From NCBI GenBank assembly GCA_951406725.2, contig OX597815.1, positions 19,406,001 to 19,470,000 of the forward strand: a DNA stretch of 64,000 bases, read 5' to 3'. A model generated the notes under the pieces. It saw nothing but the letters and a program-made list of their open reading frames with translations. It did no database searches and had not been told where the DNA came from. The translations under genes and the position numbers were made by a program. Position 1 is the stretch's first letter. Every line of letters begins with the position of its first letter. The DNA is from Octopus vulgaris. Its lineage: Eukaryota. Positions 1 to 13,919 of this stretch are shown piece after piece.

Positions 1-295
1 CAAGGCCATTTATAGAAAGAGTGGAGTCCTGTGTTAAGCGCTGTACAAAATGATCAGTTCTCTACCATTATATTCTAAATTTAAATGCTGCAGAATTTAA
101 TTTCACTATTCACCGTTCATTTCTAGAGAGTTATCGAATACTCTGAAGTCAGTTCTGTTAAATGTCGCTTTGCGAAGTTTCATTGTGGCAGGTGAGAATA
201 GATGAAGATTTTATATGCTATGCATTATTTTATATGCTACACAACTGCTTCATCATTTACACCGTAATATATTTCTTTATTCTCTCTCATATGGG

Positions 296-455
296 TACAA
301 GTATAGTTGTGTTGTTAAGAAGCTAACTTTGCAATTACGTAGTTTTGTATTTAATTTTATTGCTATATAACGTAGGCAATTATCTTTTATAATAGCATCG
401 TGTTACCAAAGCATTGTGAGAGAAATTTGATAGATGGTAACTATTTGGATGCCTG
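296..455 (+). mobile_element. Highly decayed 5' part of SINE family C
   Basis: Residual similarity (accaaagcattgtgag...atttgatagatggtaact) to 12838-12874. Confidence 0.4.
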
Positions 456-1276
456 CAGATGGGAAATTCTTATAATTCGATTATAGATTTAATCCGTCAA
501 CCAGTTTCACCCTTCTGCCTAATTCTTGTTCTTTGTAAAATCCGTTACGTCCCATGTATTTGGCTTCAGGATTAAGGATAAATTCTTTTCTTTCACTCAT
601 CAGTCCCTGAGGCCCTGGAGAAAGGTTATAGGGATTACTCTTCATCCTCTATATAAACTATAAACATGTGTGTATAGGCGATTGTTTGCGTTACAACAAA
701 TAGTTTATCCACTTTCAGTTTTATCTGTAAACGGTAGAAATTGTTGGAAGCTATAACACATAATTTAGAAGATATATATTTGTTTTCCTGCAAATTTCGT
801 ATTCAACACTTAAGATGTCCACTTTGATTTATAGTTCTGAGTTTTAGTACTTTTCAAAAATTATTATTAGCTAAGATTTTGAACTCTGTTCTTTCTACAA
901 CCTTTTCAGCATATTATAGTTTTATATAGCTGTTTACCATCTTGCTCGTTCAGTTTTTATCACGAAAAATATTGCTTCTTGAAGTAATCGTAAAATAGTA
1001 ATCTATTTTATTTTATAATTTTACAAAGTTTTTATCCTATCTGCGATTACAATAAAAATGTCATTCAATGTTTATAATAATATAATAATTTTAAAAAATA
1101 TAGTTGTTTCTGTAAAATACTTAGTTTATTTCGCGCTTTTAGTAAGGTTTTGTAATTCTTCAAATTCTTTATCATTGTTCATTTTAAAACTAAATTTCGC
1201 ACATAAGAGCGTCTTTAGAGAAAGAAAACATCGCTTCAGGTCATTCCACAGTTTCGATAAATTCTCTCTCCCCTAG

Positions 1277-1876
1277 CGCGGCGTGCTGGCAGAAACGTTA
1301 GCACGCTGGACGAAATGCTTTGCGGTATTTCGTCTTCCGTTACGTTCTGAGTTCAAATTCCGCCGAGGTCCACTTTGCCTTTCATCCTTTCGGGGTCGAT
1401 AAATTAAGTACCAGCTACGCACTGGGGTCGATGTAATCGACTTAATACCTATGTCTGTCCTTGTTTGTCCGCTCTGTGTTTAGCCCCTTGTGGGTAGTAA
1501 AGAAATAGGTATTTCGTCTGCCGCTACGTTCTGAGTTCAAATTCCGCCGAGATCGACTTTGCCGTTCATCCATCCGGGGTCGATTAAATAAGTACCAGCT
1601 AAGCACTTGGGTCGATATAGTCGACTTAATCCGTCTGTCAGTCCTTGTTTGTCCTCTCTGTCTTTAGTCCCTTGTGGGTAGTAAAGAAATAGGTGTTTCG
1701 CCTGCCGTTACATTCTGAGTTCAAATTCCGCCGAGGTCGACTTTGCCTTTCATCCTTTCGGGGTCGATTAAATAAATACCAGTTACACATTCTGGTCGAT
1801 GTAATCTACTTAATCCGTTTATCTGAACTTGTTTGTTCCCTCTATGTTTAGCCACCTGTGGGCAATAAAGAGGTAA
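1277..1876 (+). mobile_element. SINE family F1, trimeric copy (one head plus three ~183-bp body units) with 16-bp TSD
   Basis: B-box-like gagttcaaattcc and body gcctttcatcctttcggggtcgat...agtaccag occur three times; ataaattctctctccc is duplicated at 1257-1272 and 1877-1892. Confidence 0.9.
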
Positions 1877-2242
1877 ATAAATTCTCTCTCCCTCTGAGTG
1901 TGTGTGTGTTTGTGGGTGTGTTCAAGCGTTGAGTTCATAAATTTAGGTTTTTACTTTTTTATGAATGTATATCATCCTTTGACTATTTATTCAAGAACTG
2001 GCGGCGATATTTTCTGGTACTAGTTATATGAAATGTTATACTCTACAAAACCTCTATTGTGTGTATATTAAATATTTCATACTGCACTCACTGTATGTGA
2101 CACACCTTTCTTAATAAAGTTCAATTTTTAATTCTCAATTTATAAGTTTACCCAGAAATTTTCTTGGCTCTTTTAAAAAATGTATTTTTATGTGTAGCCC
2201 AATAATTAATATACTATAAAGCATCTCCTGTTGTATATTATG

Positions 2243-2580
2243 AAGGCGCATGGCTCAGTGGTTAGAGCGTCGCGCTTACGATCGTGAGGTTGTGAGCTCG
2301 AATCCCGGACCGGGCTGCGTGTTTTGTTCTTGAGCAATGCACTTTATTTCACGTTGCTCCAGTTCACTCAGCTGTAGGAATGAGTTGCGACGTCACTGGT
2401 GCCAAGCTGTATCGACCTTTGTCTTTCCCTTGGATAACACTGGTGGCGTGGAGAGGGGAGGCTGGTATGCATGGGCGACTGCTGGTCTTCCATAAACAAC
2501 CTCGCCCGGACTTGTGTCTTGGAGGGTAACTTTCTAGGTGCAATCCCATGGTCTGTGTCGTGACCGAAGGGGGTTCTCCG
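2243..2580 (+). mobile_element. tRNA-derived SINE, head A plus tail Z (possibly octopus OR-type)
   Basis: A box tggctcagtgg, B box gctcgaatcc, then ttcttgagcaa..cactttatttcacgttgctccag shared with the 62182 copy; short atattat TSD. Confidence 0.85.
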
Positions 2581-2627
2581 ATATTATACTACAAAAATTC
2601 CTTTATACTACATAAAGCAATAAGACG

Positions 2628-2810
2628 ACAAGCTGGCATAAAAGTTAGCACGTCGCGGGAAAACTGCTAAACGACATTTTATACGTCTTTACGTTGACCA
2701 ACTTTGCCTTTTCTCCTTTCGGGGTCGATGAATAAGTACCAGCTATGCAATGTAATCGACTTATCTTCTCCCTTGAAATTGCTAGCCTTGTGCCAAACTT
2801 TGAAACCAAT
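2628..2810 (+). mobile_element. Decayed F1-related SINE
   Basis: agctggca..gttagcacg head and actttgcctttt..cctttcggggtcgat..aagtaccag body. Confidence 0.65.
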
Positions 2811-3304
2811 AATATTATAAATCATTACACTCTTCACCGATTTCAAAATAAAATAACTCAATCTTAAACATTACAAAAATTTGCTTTTGTTTCCCAACAG
2901 TAATGTTAGTTACCTTTAAATACATCAGTTGTCAACGTTTAAAATGTTTAGCGATAAAAAAAATTATGGGATTTCATTTAAACTTTTATGTCTCATGATA
3001 ATCAATGCTTTTAAATATTCAGTTGCAATTTGTAACCAAACCCGGTTTTTCTAGATTAGTTTCAATCTTATAATTATAAGCGTACTCTAGTGATTTCTAT
3101 TTTAATAGTTAATCGCACTTTTTTCCCCCTAATTGTACTCCCCAACCCGTTTTACTTGTGATGTCTGTAACCTCTACATATATGAGCAATATCTTTTAAA
3201 AAAAAGCACAGTTTAAACGGCAGCGTTTGTTGAAATTTGAAGTAATCGACACCGTTTTTCAATACATAAATGCATTCGTACATACGTGCCCGCATACACA
3301 CAGG

Positions 3305-3497
3305 CATACAATAATACATACATACATGCATACATACATACATACAATAATACATACATACTTACATACATGCATACATACATACATACATACAAACATA
3401 CATACATACATACATACAAACATACATACATACATACATACATACATACATACATACATACATACATACATACATGCATACATACATACATACATAC
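3305..3497 (+). repeat. (TACA)n microsatellite
   Basis: Directly visible. Confidence 0.95.
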
Positions 3498-3730
3498 TTA
3501 AACCTATGGAAAAGTATAAATTTCTGTGTATGTGTGCGTATATGCAGTTTCCTGTTCCTTGAAGGTAAGATCCACAATAAGATGTACTCCATCGACTGAG
3601 AGATAAATGTTATCTTAATGAACACGGTATAAAGATATCAGCTGTTAACAGTTTCCCGCGTTTACAATGCAAGAAATTCTTAGTAGCTTTTATCTTTATA
3701 CTTATACATTACATGATAAACATTATGCAT

Positions 3731-3981
3731 ATATGTATGTATGTATGCATGTATGTATGTATGTATGTATGTATGTATGTATGTATGTATGTATGTATGT
3801 ATGTATGTATGTATGTATGTATGCATGTATGTATGTATGTATGTATGTATGTATGTATGTATGTATGTATGTATGTACGTATGTATGTATGTATGCATGT
3901 ATGTATGTATGTATGTATGTATGTATGTATGTATGTATGTATGTATGTATGTATGCATATATGTAAGTATGTATGTATGTA
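3731..3981 (+). repeat. (TATG)n microsatellite, inverted relative to 3305-3497
   Basis: Directly visible. Confidence 0.95.
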
Positions 3982-4124
3982 TCTGTTATCTGCATATAGT
4001 GCTGTAGATATTAATTTGTAGAGGACTTTTTTGAACTCTTTCCTTAAAATGCGTTTTCCCATTGTATTATTAAACACACACACCCATACACACACGCACG
4101 CATCTATCTATATACTTATCTATC

Positions 4125-4243
<119 letters not shown>

Positions 4244-5972
4244 TTACACTCAGAGAGTGTGTATGTGTAAGTGTATATGTGTTTTCGCTTCACCTATAAA
4301 CAGGCATTTGCACGTACCTTTTATGATGGGAAGTCAAGAAAGCCACAAAACATTATAATCAGCATTAAAGTTATGCTTGCCAGGTGTTCTTCATCTCTTC
4401 GTTATACCTTTGTACTTGTCTGCCCTTTGGTTCAAAATCGCATAGTAATTGTTTAATATGATATTTATAGAGAAAGGTGTCTCCAGCTAAACATTCTACA
4501 TGTTTTTCTCATTACTTTTCTCATTTATCAATTGTAATAACACGTCAATTCACTGAGGTTGCCTTCAAATAAAAATATATGTTTGTAATTTCTAATCTAT
4601 AAACTGAATAGCTAGGTTAATAATTTAGTATTTCAGGGCCATAATAAGGAATCTGCTTGATACTGAAAGTTTATTTTTGAAATGAAACAGGGCGCTGATT
4701 TAGAAACACAATTCCTCTATATTACACCAAGAGAGTAGCCCCCATGTGGACGCCAGCTAATATAGATATTGATAGACCGCTCTTTTTCTAGAATCATCCA
4801 GCGAAGGAAGGTTAGCCCGCCGTACATCCACGCCTCTGTGGGCTTATTAGGAAGGAAGATTAGGACTAAGCGATATTTCCTGTGTTACCCTATCATAGTA
4901 TGCTATTTCGGCATACCTAACCATTTATTATATTTAAAAGTAAAACGTACACCGAATTATTAGAATACAATTCCTCTATGTTGACCAGTAAAAATGTTTT
5001 CGTTTTATTGAAAATCATTGTACATAGATATGAATCTTACATGTATATTTTGCTCTAAAGTTCACAGTCCAAAACCTATTTCAATAAACGTTAAGAATCC
5101 CATTTATTTGCAAAATAGGGTAACTCTATGGGGTAATTAATAACCATTAATCAATCATTATATGCGGTAAGGGTGACGCAAACCCTATTTATTCGTAAAG
5201 GTTCATGTTCTGTTTCAATGAAATATTAGCTGTTTTATATCGCCCAAAATAGTGTAAATTCGTTCTTTCATTATTTTATCAGAATCGATTAATTTTTTAC
5301 TAGCTGCAGAATGCTATGAATTCTCAGAGTATCGTAAGCATGTTTCATTTCAAGAGGGAATTGTTCATATCATATCAGATTTGGCATTTACATCAGATTA
5401 ATTCTTGTTATCTGAGATTTTCAGAACTGGTATTAGTTTTCTGACTTCAACTCTCGGTTGATAGATGATTTTCAAATGGTTTCTTCACTCAATATTACGT
5501 TCACTGGAAATATTCACCCGAATTTGTGTTACATTTAGATATAAAGCTAAACGTTACACAAATCTAGCTATTTACAACTGAATGTCATATCGATAATAAA
5601 ATGTTGAGATACGGATAGTTTGATGTGAGTATTTTTCAGAGGAAGTTTTGTGTTTTGTTTCCTTGTGATGTTTTCTTGCTTTTGTCTGGTTTTGTTCATT
5701 TATTGATATTGCATTTGTTATTGTAATAAGAGGTAGATGTTCGCCAGTGACTCTGCATTTAGCTGTTAGCTCAATAGATTTTACTGTGGCTTAATAGCTT
5801 TCGCAAGTTGTATTGATTCATATATGAGTGTCCAGACAAAATGCCCAGAAGAGCGTGGCAACCAAATAAAGTTTACTTCTCTATTGGTTTAATAACTCTA
5901 AAAATAGATCGTAATTGGCGAAAAATATAAAGGAACAGCAATCAATAACCTACAGAGTAGTTAGCTAGACAA

Positions 5973-6022
<50 letters not shown>

Positions 6023-6320
6023 GTGCGTCTATATAACTGTCTACATAGATGTATGTTTCTGTGTGAGAATATTTCCAGCGTGGTTGCATAAGCGTTTATA
6101 TGTGAGCAAATGTGCATGTGTAATTTCAATGTGTGGGAGTGATAGTGAAAGTCTCAGCAATTATAAGCAAGAATTCAATACCTACGTAGACTCACATCGA
6201 TTTCTAGAAACACATTGATATGCACACATAAAAAAATCTTAGATAAACAGACACATATACAGAAACACAAACAAATATTTCACACACACACGTATATATA
6301 TGTACATATTTATATTATAT

Positions 6321-6382
<62 letters not shown>

Positions 6383-8637
6383 GTATGTAAATGTATGTGT
6401 ATGTAGGCATGTATGCAAAAACCATTCAATAAAAGCTGCAAATAAATAAATAATATATAATGCTTATAATTTAAACCATAATCCCGATCTTCACATTAAT
6501 TCCCCTTCACTCTTTCTAAACATAATGGGATATTTTAAATGCCCATGTCTTATAAGAACCTATTAGTTTAATATATTCTTTCTTTCACTTTGCCAAGCTA
6601 GCTATTTCTTATGCCTACCAAAGACGCGAGTTCTACTATATCAACTTTCTCTTTCAATCCTATACTTTGTAGCTGAATTTCTTACATATCTATATAAAAG
6701 ACTTACTCATCTATCTATATTCCGTCAGATTTTTTCAAACATTTCCGTGTTTACTGGCATATTATAAGCAGACATATCACCCTCCATACTAGAGTGTTGG
6801 TATTCTTTGAGCTCATTCATTTAAACTTACATTTTGCTCCTTTACATTACATTTATTGATATATCTTGTGCAATTCAATTTTTCTTTAATATTTTAATTA
6901 CTGAGATATGGAATTTAAGCAGACATTGTAACATTAAAATATAATTTTAAGTGAAACGTAAGATAACATCAAATCACCAAATGTATACCTTAAAGCGAGA
7001 AAAATACGAATATGTTCTTCCGTGTGATTTAACATGAACAGTAACCAAAAATAAACTTATATGGCAATTTGTTCCCTAATACTGGGATAGTATCAAATAA
7101 GTAGAAACATGTGGTATTAGAACACAACTATACATATATAATTGTATTTCATTTCACTGAAAGCTATAAAGAGTTTTTCATTTATTGGCAAACATATTAA
7201 AATATTTCCTAAACCATGTTTTTGGTGATTTTTTTAATGATAATTGCGAGGAATGTTGTTGAATGAAATGTGTTAGTCTAATACTACGATGTATACTTTC
7301 AATGTATATCGGTTATTCCTTTAATTGTTCCGTTAGCATATAAGTTTTACTATAAGACGAGGTTGCTAGCACCTCGTTTAACACTTGCATTTCTGAATTT
7401 TAAAAAATGGAACGTTGGGAATGGTCTACCCGAAGCTTCTCGAGAAGCAATGTAACCAGTTTAGGGAGAGGTAGAGACATGAATTTCACTAATATATGAC
7501 AGGCATTTTATTTATAAAACCCGAAAATATAAAAGGCAACTCTGGTCTCGGAGGGATTTGAAATCAGCACAGAGAGGCTGAAGACATTACGCGATACATC
7601 CTGCCAGATGCTTTAATACTTTGCTGTTTCACTTTCACTTTCAAGGGAAACAATCGAAAAATACCTAAACAGTTTCATTTTCTAATTATATGCTATGTGT
7701 AACATAAAAGAGACGATAAAAATGACCTACCTCTCTGTGGCAAAGAACCTGGGGAGAAATGCGAAAAAAAAAATGAAACATTTCACAACGAAGCCAAATG
7801 TTCCTTTGTGAAAGTTTATGTAATCTACATACCGAATGGTATCTGTAATTTTTAAGCGGATTAAGCCACTTTCAGAATAAATATATTTGTGCGAGCGTTT
7901 TCATATTTTTAGTAACTTTTCTTAGTTAATCTCCTAATCTATGTTTTTTGTGCCAAACTATTAAAGTAGAAGATGAGAAAAATGTATTTTTCTATATTGA
8001 TGAGTATCTACTTCCAAAATATCATTCATTTTATATGATTGACTATTTTATTTGGTGCAATGTTACCTATCAAGGTGAAAAACACGGTTTCCAGTCTCAA
8101 AATTACTTTACATCCCTTTTACTCTGGAAATATATTTTCATTTCTATTTTATACCTATATATTTTTTTATGAATTTGAAGAGTTATTTTAAGCTTTACGA
8201 ATGTAATATTGTTATACCACATGGAGTTAAATATATTCAGTGAGCTTTAAACTATATAGAGGGTTACATTATACGAATTCTCGCAGGTCATTACAATAAA
8301 AATTCATTTTAAGCTTGCAATACAGAAACAGTTTAATTCACACACCTAATTCATCTACTACATCACTAGTTTATGAGAAATCCTCTACAAAATTGCTTTA
8401 CCATTTAGAAATAGAAGCGAAATTGCCTTGGGGTTATTCTTTCACATAAAAAACATTTTTTAATATAATCTTGGACACTTTAATTATCAGAAAAAGAAAT
8501 ATTTTTCAACATGTACCATCTGCACTGGAGATAGCATAGAACTAAACCACAAAATATATTTTATATGTAATAAATGCTTAATAAGATTATAATTTTTCAG
8601 GCTAACATTTAGAGATGAAAAATATTTAATATTTGCG

Positions 8638-8684
8638 TAAACACATGGTTTGATCGATGTGATTACCGATCGTCATCAGGTTTA
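8638..8684 (-). ncRNA. Degenerate type I hammerhead-like motif
   Basis: Minus strand: TAAAC CTGATGA C GATCG-loop-CGATC AAAC CATGT GTTTA. Stems I and II pair, but G12 and the cleavage nucleotide appear deleted. Confidence 0.4.
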
Positions 8685-9330
8685 TTATTCCTAAACGAGT
8701 CCATTCTACCAGACGGCCTTTTAACTACAAAATTGATATTTTTCAACTGAGGATAATAAAATTCTTATCCATTAACGCATGTATACATTTTACAAATTAT
8801 TCTGCATTACAGATAATGTATGCAGATTATGTATACTTGTATACAGCGAATGCAAATCAGAATAACAAAGTCCAACTCCATACAAAAAAGATTTATAAAT
8901 ACTTAAAAACAGGATTCATAGCATGTATTGAATAAAATAATAAGGTATTTAAAAATTAAAATAAAGGTTAAATGCTGCTTTTCTCCTGGGACTGTTACAT
9001 TGACAACACACAATAATAGGTGTCTACAAATAAACTACGTATGAGTACACAGATAAGTTTATATGTGCGTGGGTTTTATATCTGTATATGTGGACGCGTA
9101 TGTGAATATGCACATATTTATATGAGTGTCTCGGAGTATAGTGAATTGTTTGTCGAAGTTACGTCCTTTCACTACAATGTCTTCTATGGTCAATTCTAAA
9201 ATAGCATCAGGTAAAGTACTGGAAACGATAAAATCCACTAAAGTTCATAGTTCAATCAGTGAAACCAATAAAATATCTACACACACATACACATATCTAT
9301 ACAAACACACACAGACACACAGACACACAG

Positions 9331-9403
<73 letters not shown>

Positions 9404-10022
9404 TATGCGTCTGTATACGTGTATGTGAATGTGAGAGAGAGACAGAATGTGTGTGTAAGCTTAGAGTCATTCTCAATAGAGAATGATGAAGCCGATTGTA
9501 GACCACTCTTTCGCTTCTTGTTTTGGGTGACTAAGACGTTGCGGGTCACTAAAAAGCAAGAAGAGAATGATACTAAACCAGTAGTCAGTTGGTACTCATT
9601 TTCACCTCGGCGGACGAGAGTAATATAGAATGAAATACCCTACTCGGGGACACAATGTATCACCTGGCTCCAAATTGGCCCATCCTGTGGACAATACATT
9701 TACTCTTCGGCTGTGTCCTTTCGCTATATATATATGTATATGTCTGTCAGTGTGTGTGTGTGTATGTGAGAGAGAGAGAGAGAGAGAGAGAATAGGGAGA
9801 AAAAGATGGAACAAGTGAGAAGGGATGTTCGGATATATGCTTGTACATATATCATAAGATATTTATTAATAGAATAAAGAAATATGGAGATGTACTTGCA
9901 TAGCAAGTGACCTAGTTTCAGAACGTGTGTTGGAACCAAAACAATTGCAGGGTGGAAGGTGTTTATAAGCTATTTAGGAAGCACACAATAAACGTTAGAT
10001 TCACTTCAACATTTAAATCTAA

Positions 10023-10073
10023 TTTGTCAAAATATTTTCGTCGCTTTGAGACCGCGACCTGTTCACTGACAAA
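10023..10073 (-). ncRNA. Minimal type I hammerhead-like motif with G3-C8 core variant
   Basis: Minus strand: TTTGTCA GTGAACA G GTCGC ggtctcaaa GCGAC GAA AATATT T TGACAAA; 7-bp stem I, 5-bp stem II, palindromic stem III. Confidence 0.6.
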
Positions 10074-12339
10074 ATTCCGTGCTGCATTATTCTTTTAATA
10101 GAATCCCTTTACTTTCTTTTTTATTGTAATTTTCTCGGATGCTTTTCAAGAATAATAGGTTGTGTATTTGAATATTTGTTTGTGTATGTGTCTGTGTATG
10201 TGTATGTCAGCTGAATGGTGCTCGTAATCACGGGGTCTAACATTCGACTGCATTTCGTGGAATCTTTAAGTTGCTGTTATTATTCCATAATCGCGTGTTG
10301 ACCCAAGCATTGCGAGAGAAAGTGAAAAGACGGAACTGTGTAGCAAATGGCCTAGCTTTGCCACATTGATGCGTAACTTTGGATCCGCATGAGAAATTCG
10401 TTAAGATACGTGTGTCCATGGAATAATCAGTCATATGCATGCATTATTCAATGAGCGTGTACTTCATTCGATTGAACAACTGAATACTCGTCACCGAAAC
10501 TGACAGATATAACACACAAAACACATACATACATACATCCATACATACATACATACATACATACATACATACATACATACATACATACATACGCGCACGC
10601 AAATATGCATTGAAAAACACACTTTAAATTTTGTAAAGCTGAACAACGACTGCAAAACCTTTTTTGGCTACAACATTCACTAAAATTTATTTACTAACTC
10701 TTTTGTTTATGCGAAAAACTTTTGCATACGAAAAATGTTCAGTGAATATATAATTCTCTCTATCTCTCTCTCTCTCTGTCACTCTCTTTCTCTCTCTTTG
10801 TGGGTAAGGCATGTCAAACTTTGTGAAAATACTAATATTTTTACTGTTAAACTTTTATATTGAAACAGTTGTTATGTGGAAACCTATTTTTGTATTTTCA
10901 CTTAGAAAAATATAGATATATAATAAAAAAAATTATTGCCTCCTATGTTTAAAATAAAACTTGTTTTATTCACAGAAATACATATACATAAATATAAAAT
11001 TTAGTATTATCAATACGTTTCCTATTTTTCGTTTATACAGACACACGCATACACACATAAGTATAGGTATATATTTGTGTGTGTGTTCATTTTAATTTTA
11101 ACTTAACGTACACTAATAATTTCCCGCTTGTCTCTTATGTAGCAATAACTATAATGAGAATAGTAAAGACTTCGATAATTTAAGTTCCTCGCTAAATCAT
11201 TTAGACATTTAGGTTACCGTTATGTTAATATACTAAGAATCTACGAAATGTTATTTCATGTTTCATGGTACATAAATCAAAAGAGATCAAAGAAACTATG
11301 AATGGCCCAGATAACAAGATAATATCAGAGATATGTTCGACGCACTGGGCTTGCTGTCTCATAACCATATTCTCACAAACCCACGTTCACATACATCACA
11401 CAAACATATTGACCTTATATTATTCACTTCATACGTAGTCTCATGGTTGGTTGAATATAGAAATATTTTTTCATGTGTTTAATATGCCTATAAAACTATT
11501 AGTTGGCGAATAAAATGCCGTTTTTATCTTCTATTCGACTCGTTCAGATTTTTGATAATGTATTCGAAATCTAGCAAACGTTTATAGCACTTAGCAACTT
11601 TTTAACACAAAATATGTACTTTAAAAATCTTCCTGCAAATCACTGCTGCCTTTGTACTGCCTATTATTATAAATAATAAATGTTTATAAAATTTTATATC
11701 ACCCTCTTCCCTTCTCACAAGTTATATTGCAACATTTGAGTGAGTAAATAACAATGAGTCTCTTTTAATGGGATATCATTTCAATAACAATTATGAGAAT
11801 TAGAAAGAAAAACGAACAGTATTTTGAAGGCATTAATTTGAGTAAAATTCAGTATAATTATTTTTTAACCACAGCAGACTCGAATAACTTTCCACATATC
11901 TTTTACAATATTTGATTTTGTTTCTAGGTAAATAAAAGCATTTTGCTCGACGCAGGTTCGTAATATGATAGTTCTGGAAGTCATTTTGTGTTTACATAAC
12001 AAAAAGAAAACAAATTGCTTGGTTGTTTGGTAATTAATGAAAGTAATCCACTTATTTCTAGATGTATTACTTGGTGTTATACTGAGCCAATAACAATAGT
12101 AGAACAATTATTAATAATAACGATAGTTCTAAAATTCATAAAGTTGGGCGAATTCCAGATAGTGTGTGAAGAAGAGCAAGGAGTTTTAAATAGGGTCCTC
12201 TGCGTCTGCCAAGTTATTTTGCTCTATATAGAAAGTAACTCTTGGCAGGAGGCAATATTGAAGTAAACTGTAATATATATACATGTTATATATATATTCA
12301 TATATATATACTTACTTCATATATATATATATATATATC

Positions 12340-12411
<72 letters not shown>

Positions 12412-12725
12412 TATATTATGTATGAGGATTGTAACAGACAAAATGTCCTCGTTTTCATTGACCACAAGGTAATAACTGGGAACAATATGAAAGAGCCACA
12501 ATCAACGGGCGTTATTAAATCGTATGATTGAAACGCCATTCCACTTTCGTACGCTTCTCTCCAAAAATGATTTCATTAATATCATTCTTCCATTATTTTC
12601 ATCTGACAATCTTTACGAATTTTCAAAAATTCACCATAACTATTTCAACGTTCAAGCTCCTTCTCTTTCATTCCCTAAGTTATTTTCAAAATTCCAGCAA
12701 GATCGGTGAGTTATATTGCAACAAC

Positions 12726-13140
12726 AGGCGCAGGAGTGACTGTGTGGTAAGTAGCTTGTTTACCAACCACATGGTTCCGGGTTCAGTCCCACTGCGTGGC
12801 ACCTTGGGCAAGTGTCTTCTACTATAGCCTCGGGCCGACCAAAGCCTTGTGAGTGGATTTGGTAGACGGAAACTGAAAGAAGCCCGTCGTATATATGTAT
12901 ATATATATATATGTGTGTGTTTGTGTGTCTGTGTTTGTCCCCCTAGCATTGCTTGACAACCGATGCTAGTGTGTTTATGTCCCCGTTACTTAGCGGTTCG
13001 GCAAAAAGAGACCGATAGAATAAGTACTGGGCTTACAAAAGAATAAGTCCCGGGGTCGAGTTGCTCGACTAAAGGCGGTGCTCCAGCATGGCCGCAGTCA
13101 AATGACTGAAACAAGTAAAAGAGTAAAGAGTAAGGAGTAA
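12726..13140 (+). mobile_element. SINE family C with internal (TA)/(TG) microsatellite and (AAGAGT)-like tail
   Basis: tRNA-like head (gtgtggtaag...gggttcagtccc), caccttgggcaag motif; homologous copy at 27766-28290. Confidence 0.88.
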
Positions 13141-13472
13141 CATATATACACAAACGCAGCCATGTATCACCCATTCGGAGAAATGCACACAGCCTGTTAT
13201 TAGAACCAAGAATCAATGGCACCGTATCAGTTTGGGCGAACTAACATGTTTTCGAGTCCAAGTGTGTGGAAGAATGTGTGTCTATGTGTAAGTATTCTGA
13301 GAAAGAATATGTGTTTATGAAGTATAGATTTATGCATGTGTGTGTTCGTGCATGCGTATCTGTATGCGCTTACGTACTGAATTCAAAGTAGTGGAAATTC
13401 AGAGAAGCGAACAGTGAGAATCAAATACAAGTATTGAGTACTTCTATACGAAACCATTTGTACAATACACAG

Positions 13473-13919
<447 letters not shown>

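Noticed and set aside
575-608. Minus-strand CTGATGA-GT-GAAA hammerhead-like words
   Set aside because: No stem II and no paired stem III; at best a relic.
2245-2315. tRNA-like sequences at SINE heads (also 21059, ~40010, 54186, 62184)
   Set aside because: Continuous with SINE bodies and imperfect cloverleafs; not tRNA genes.
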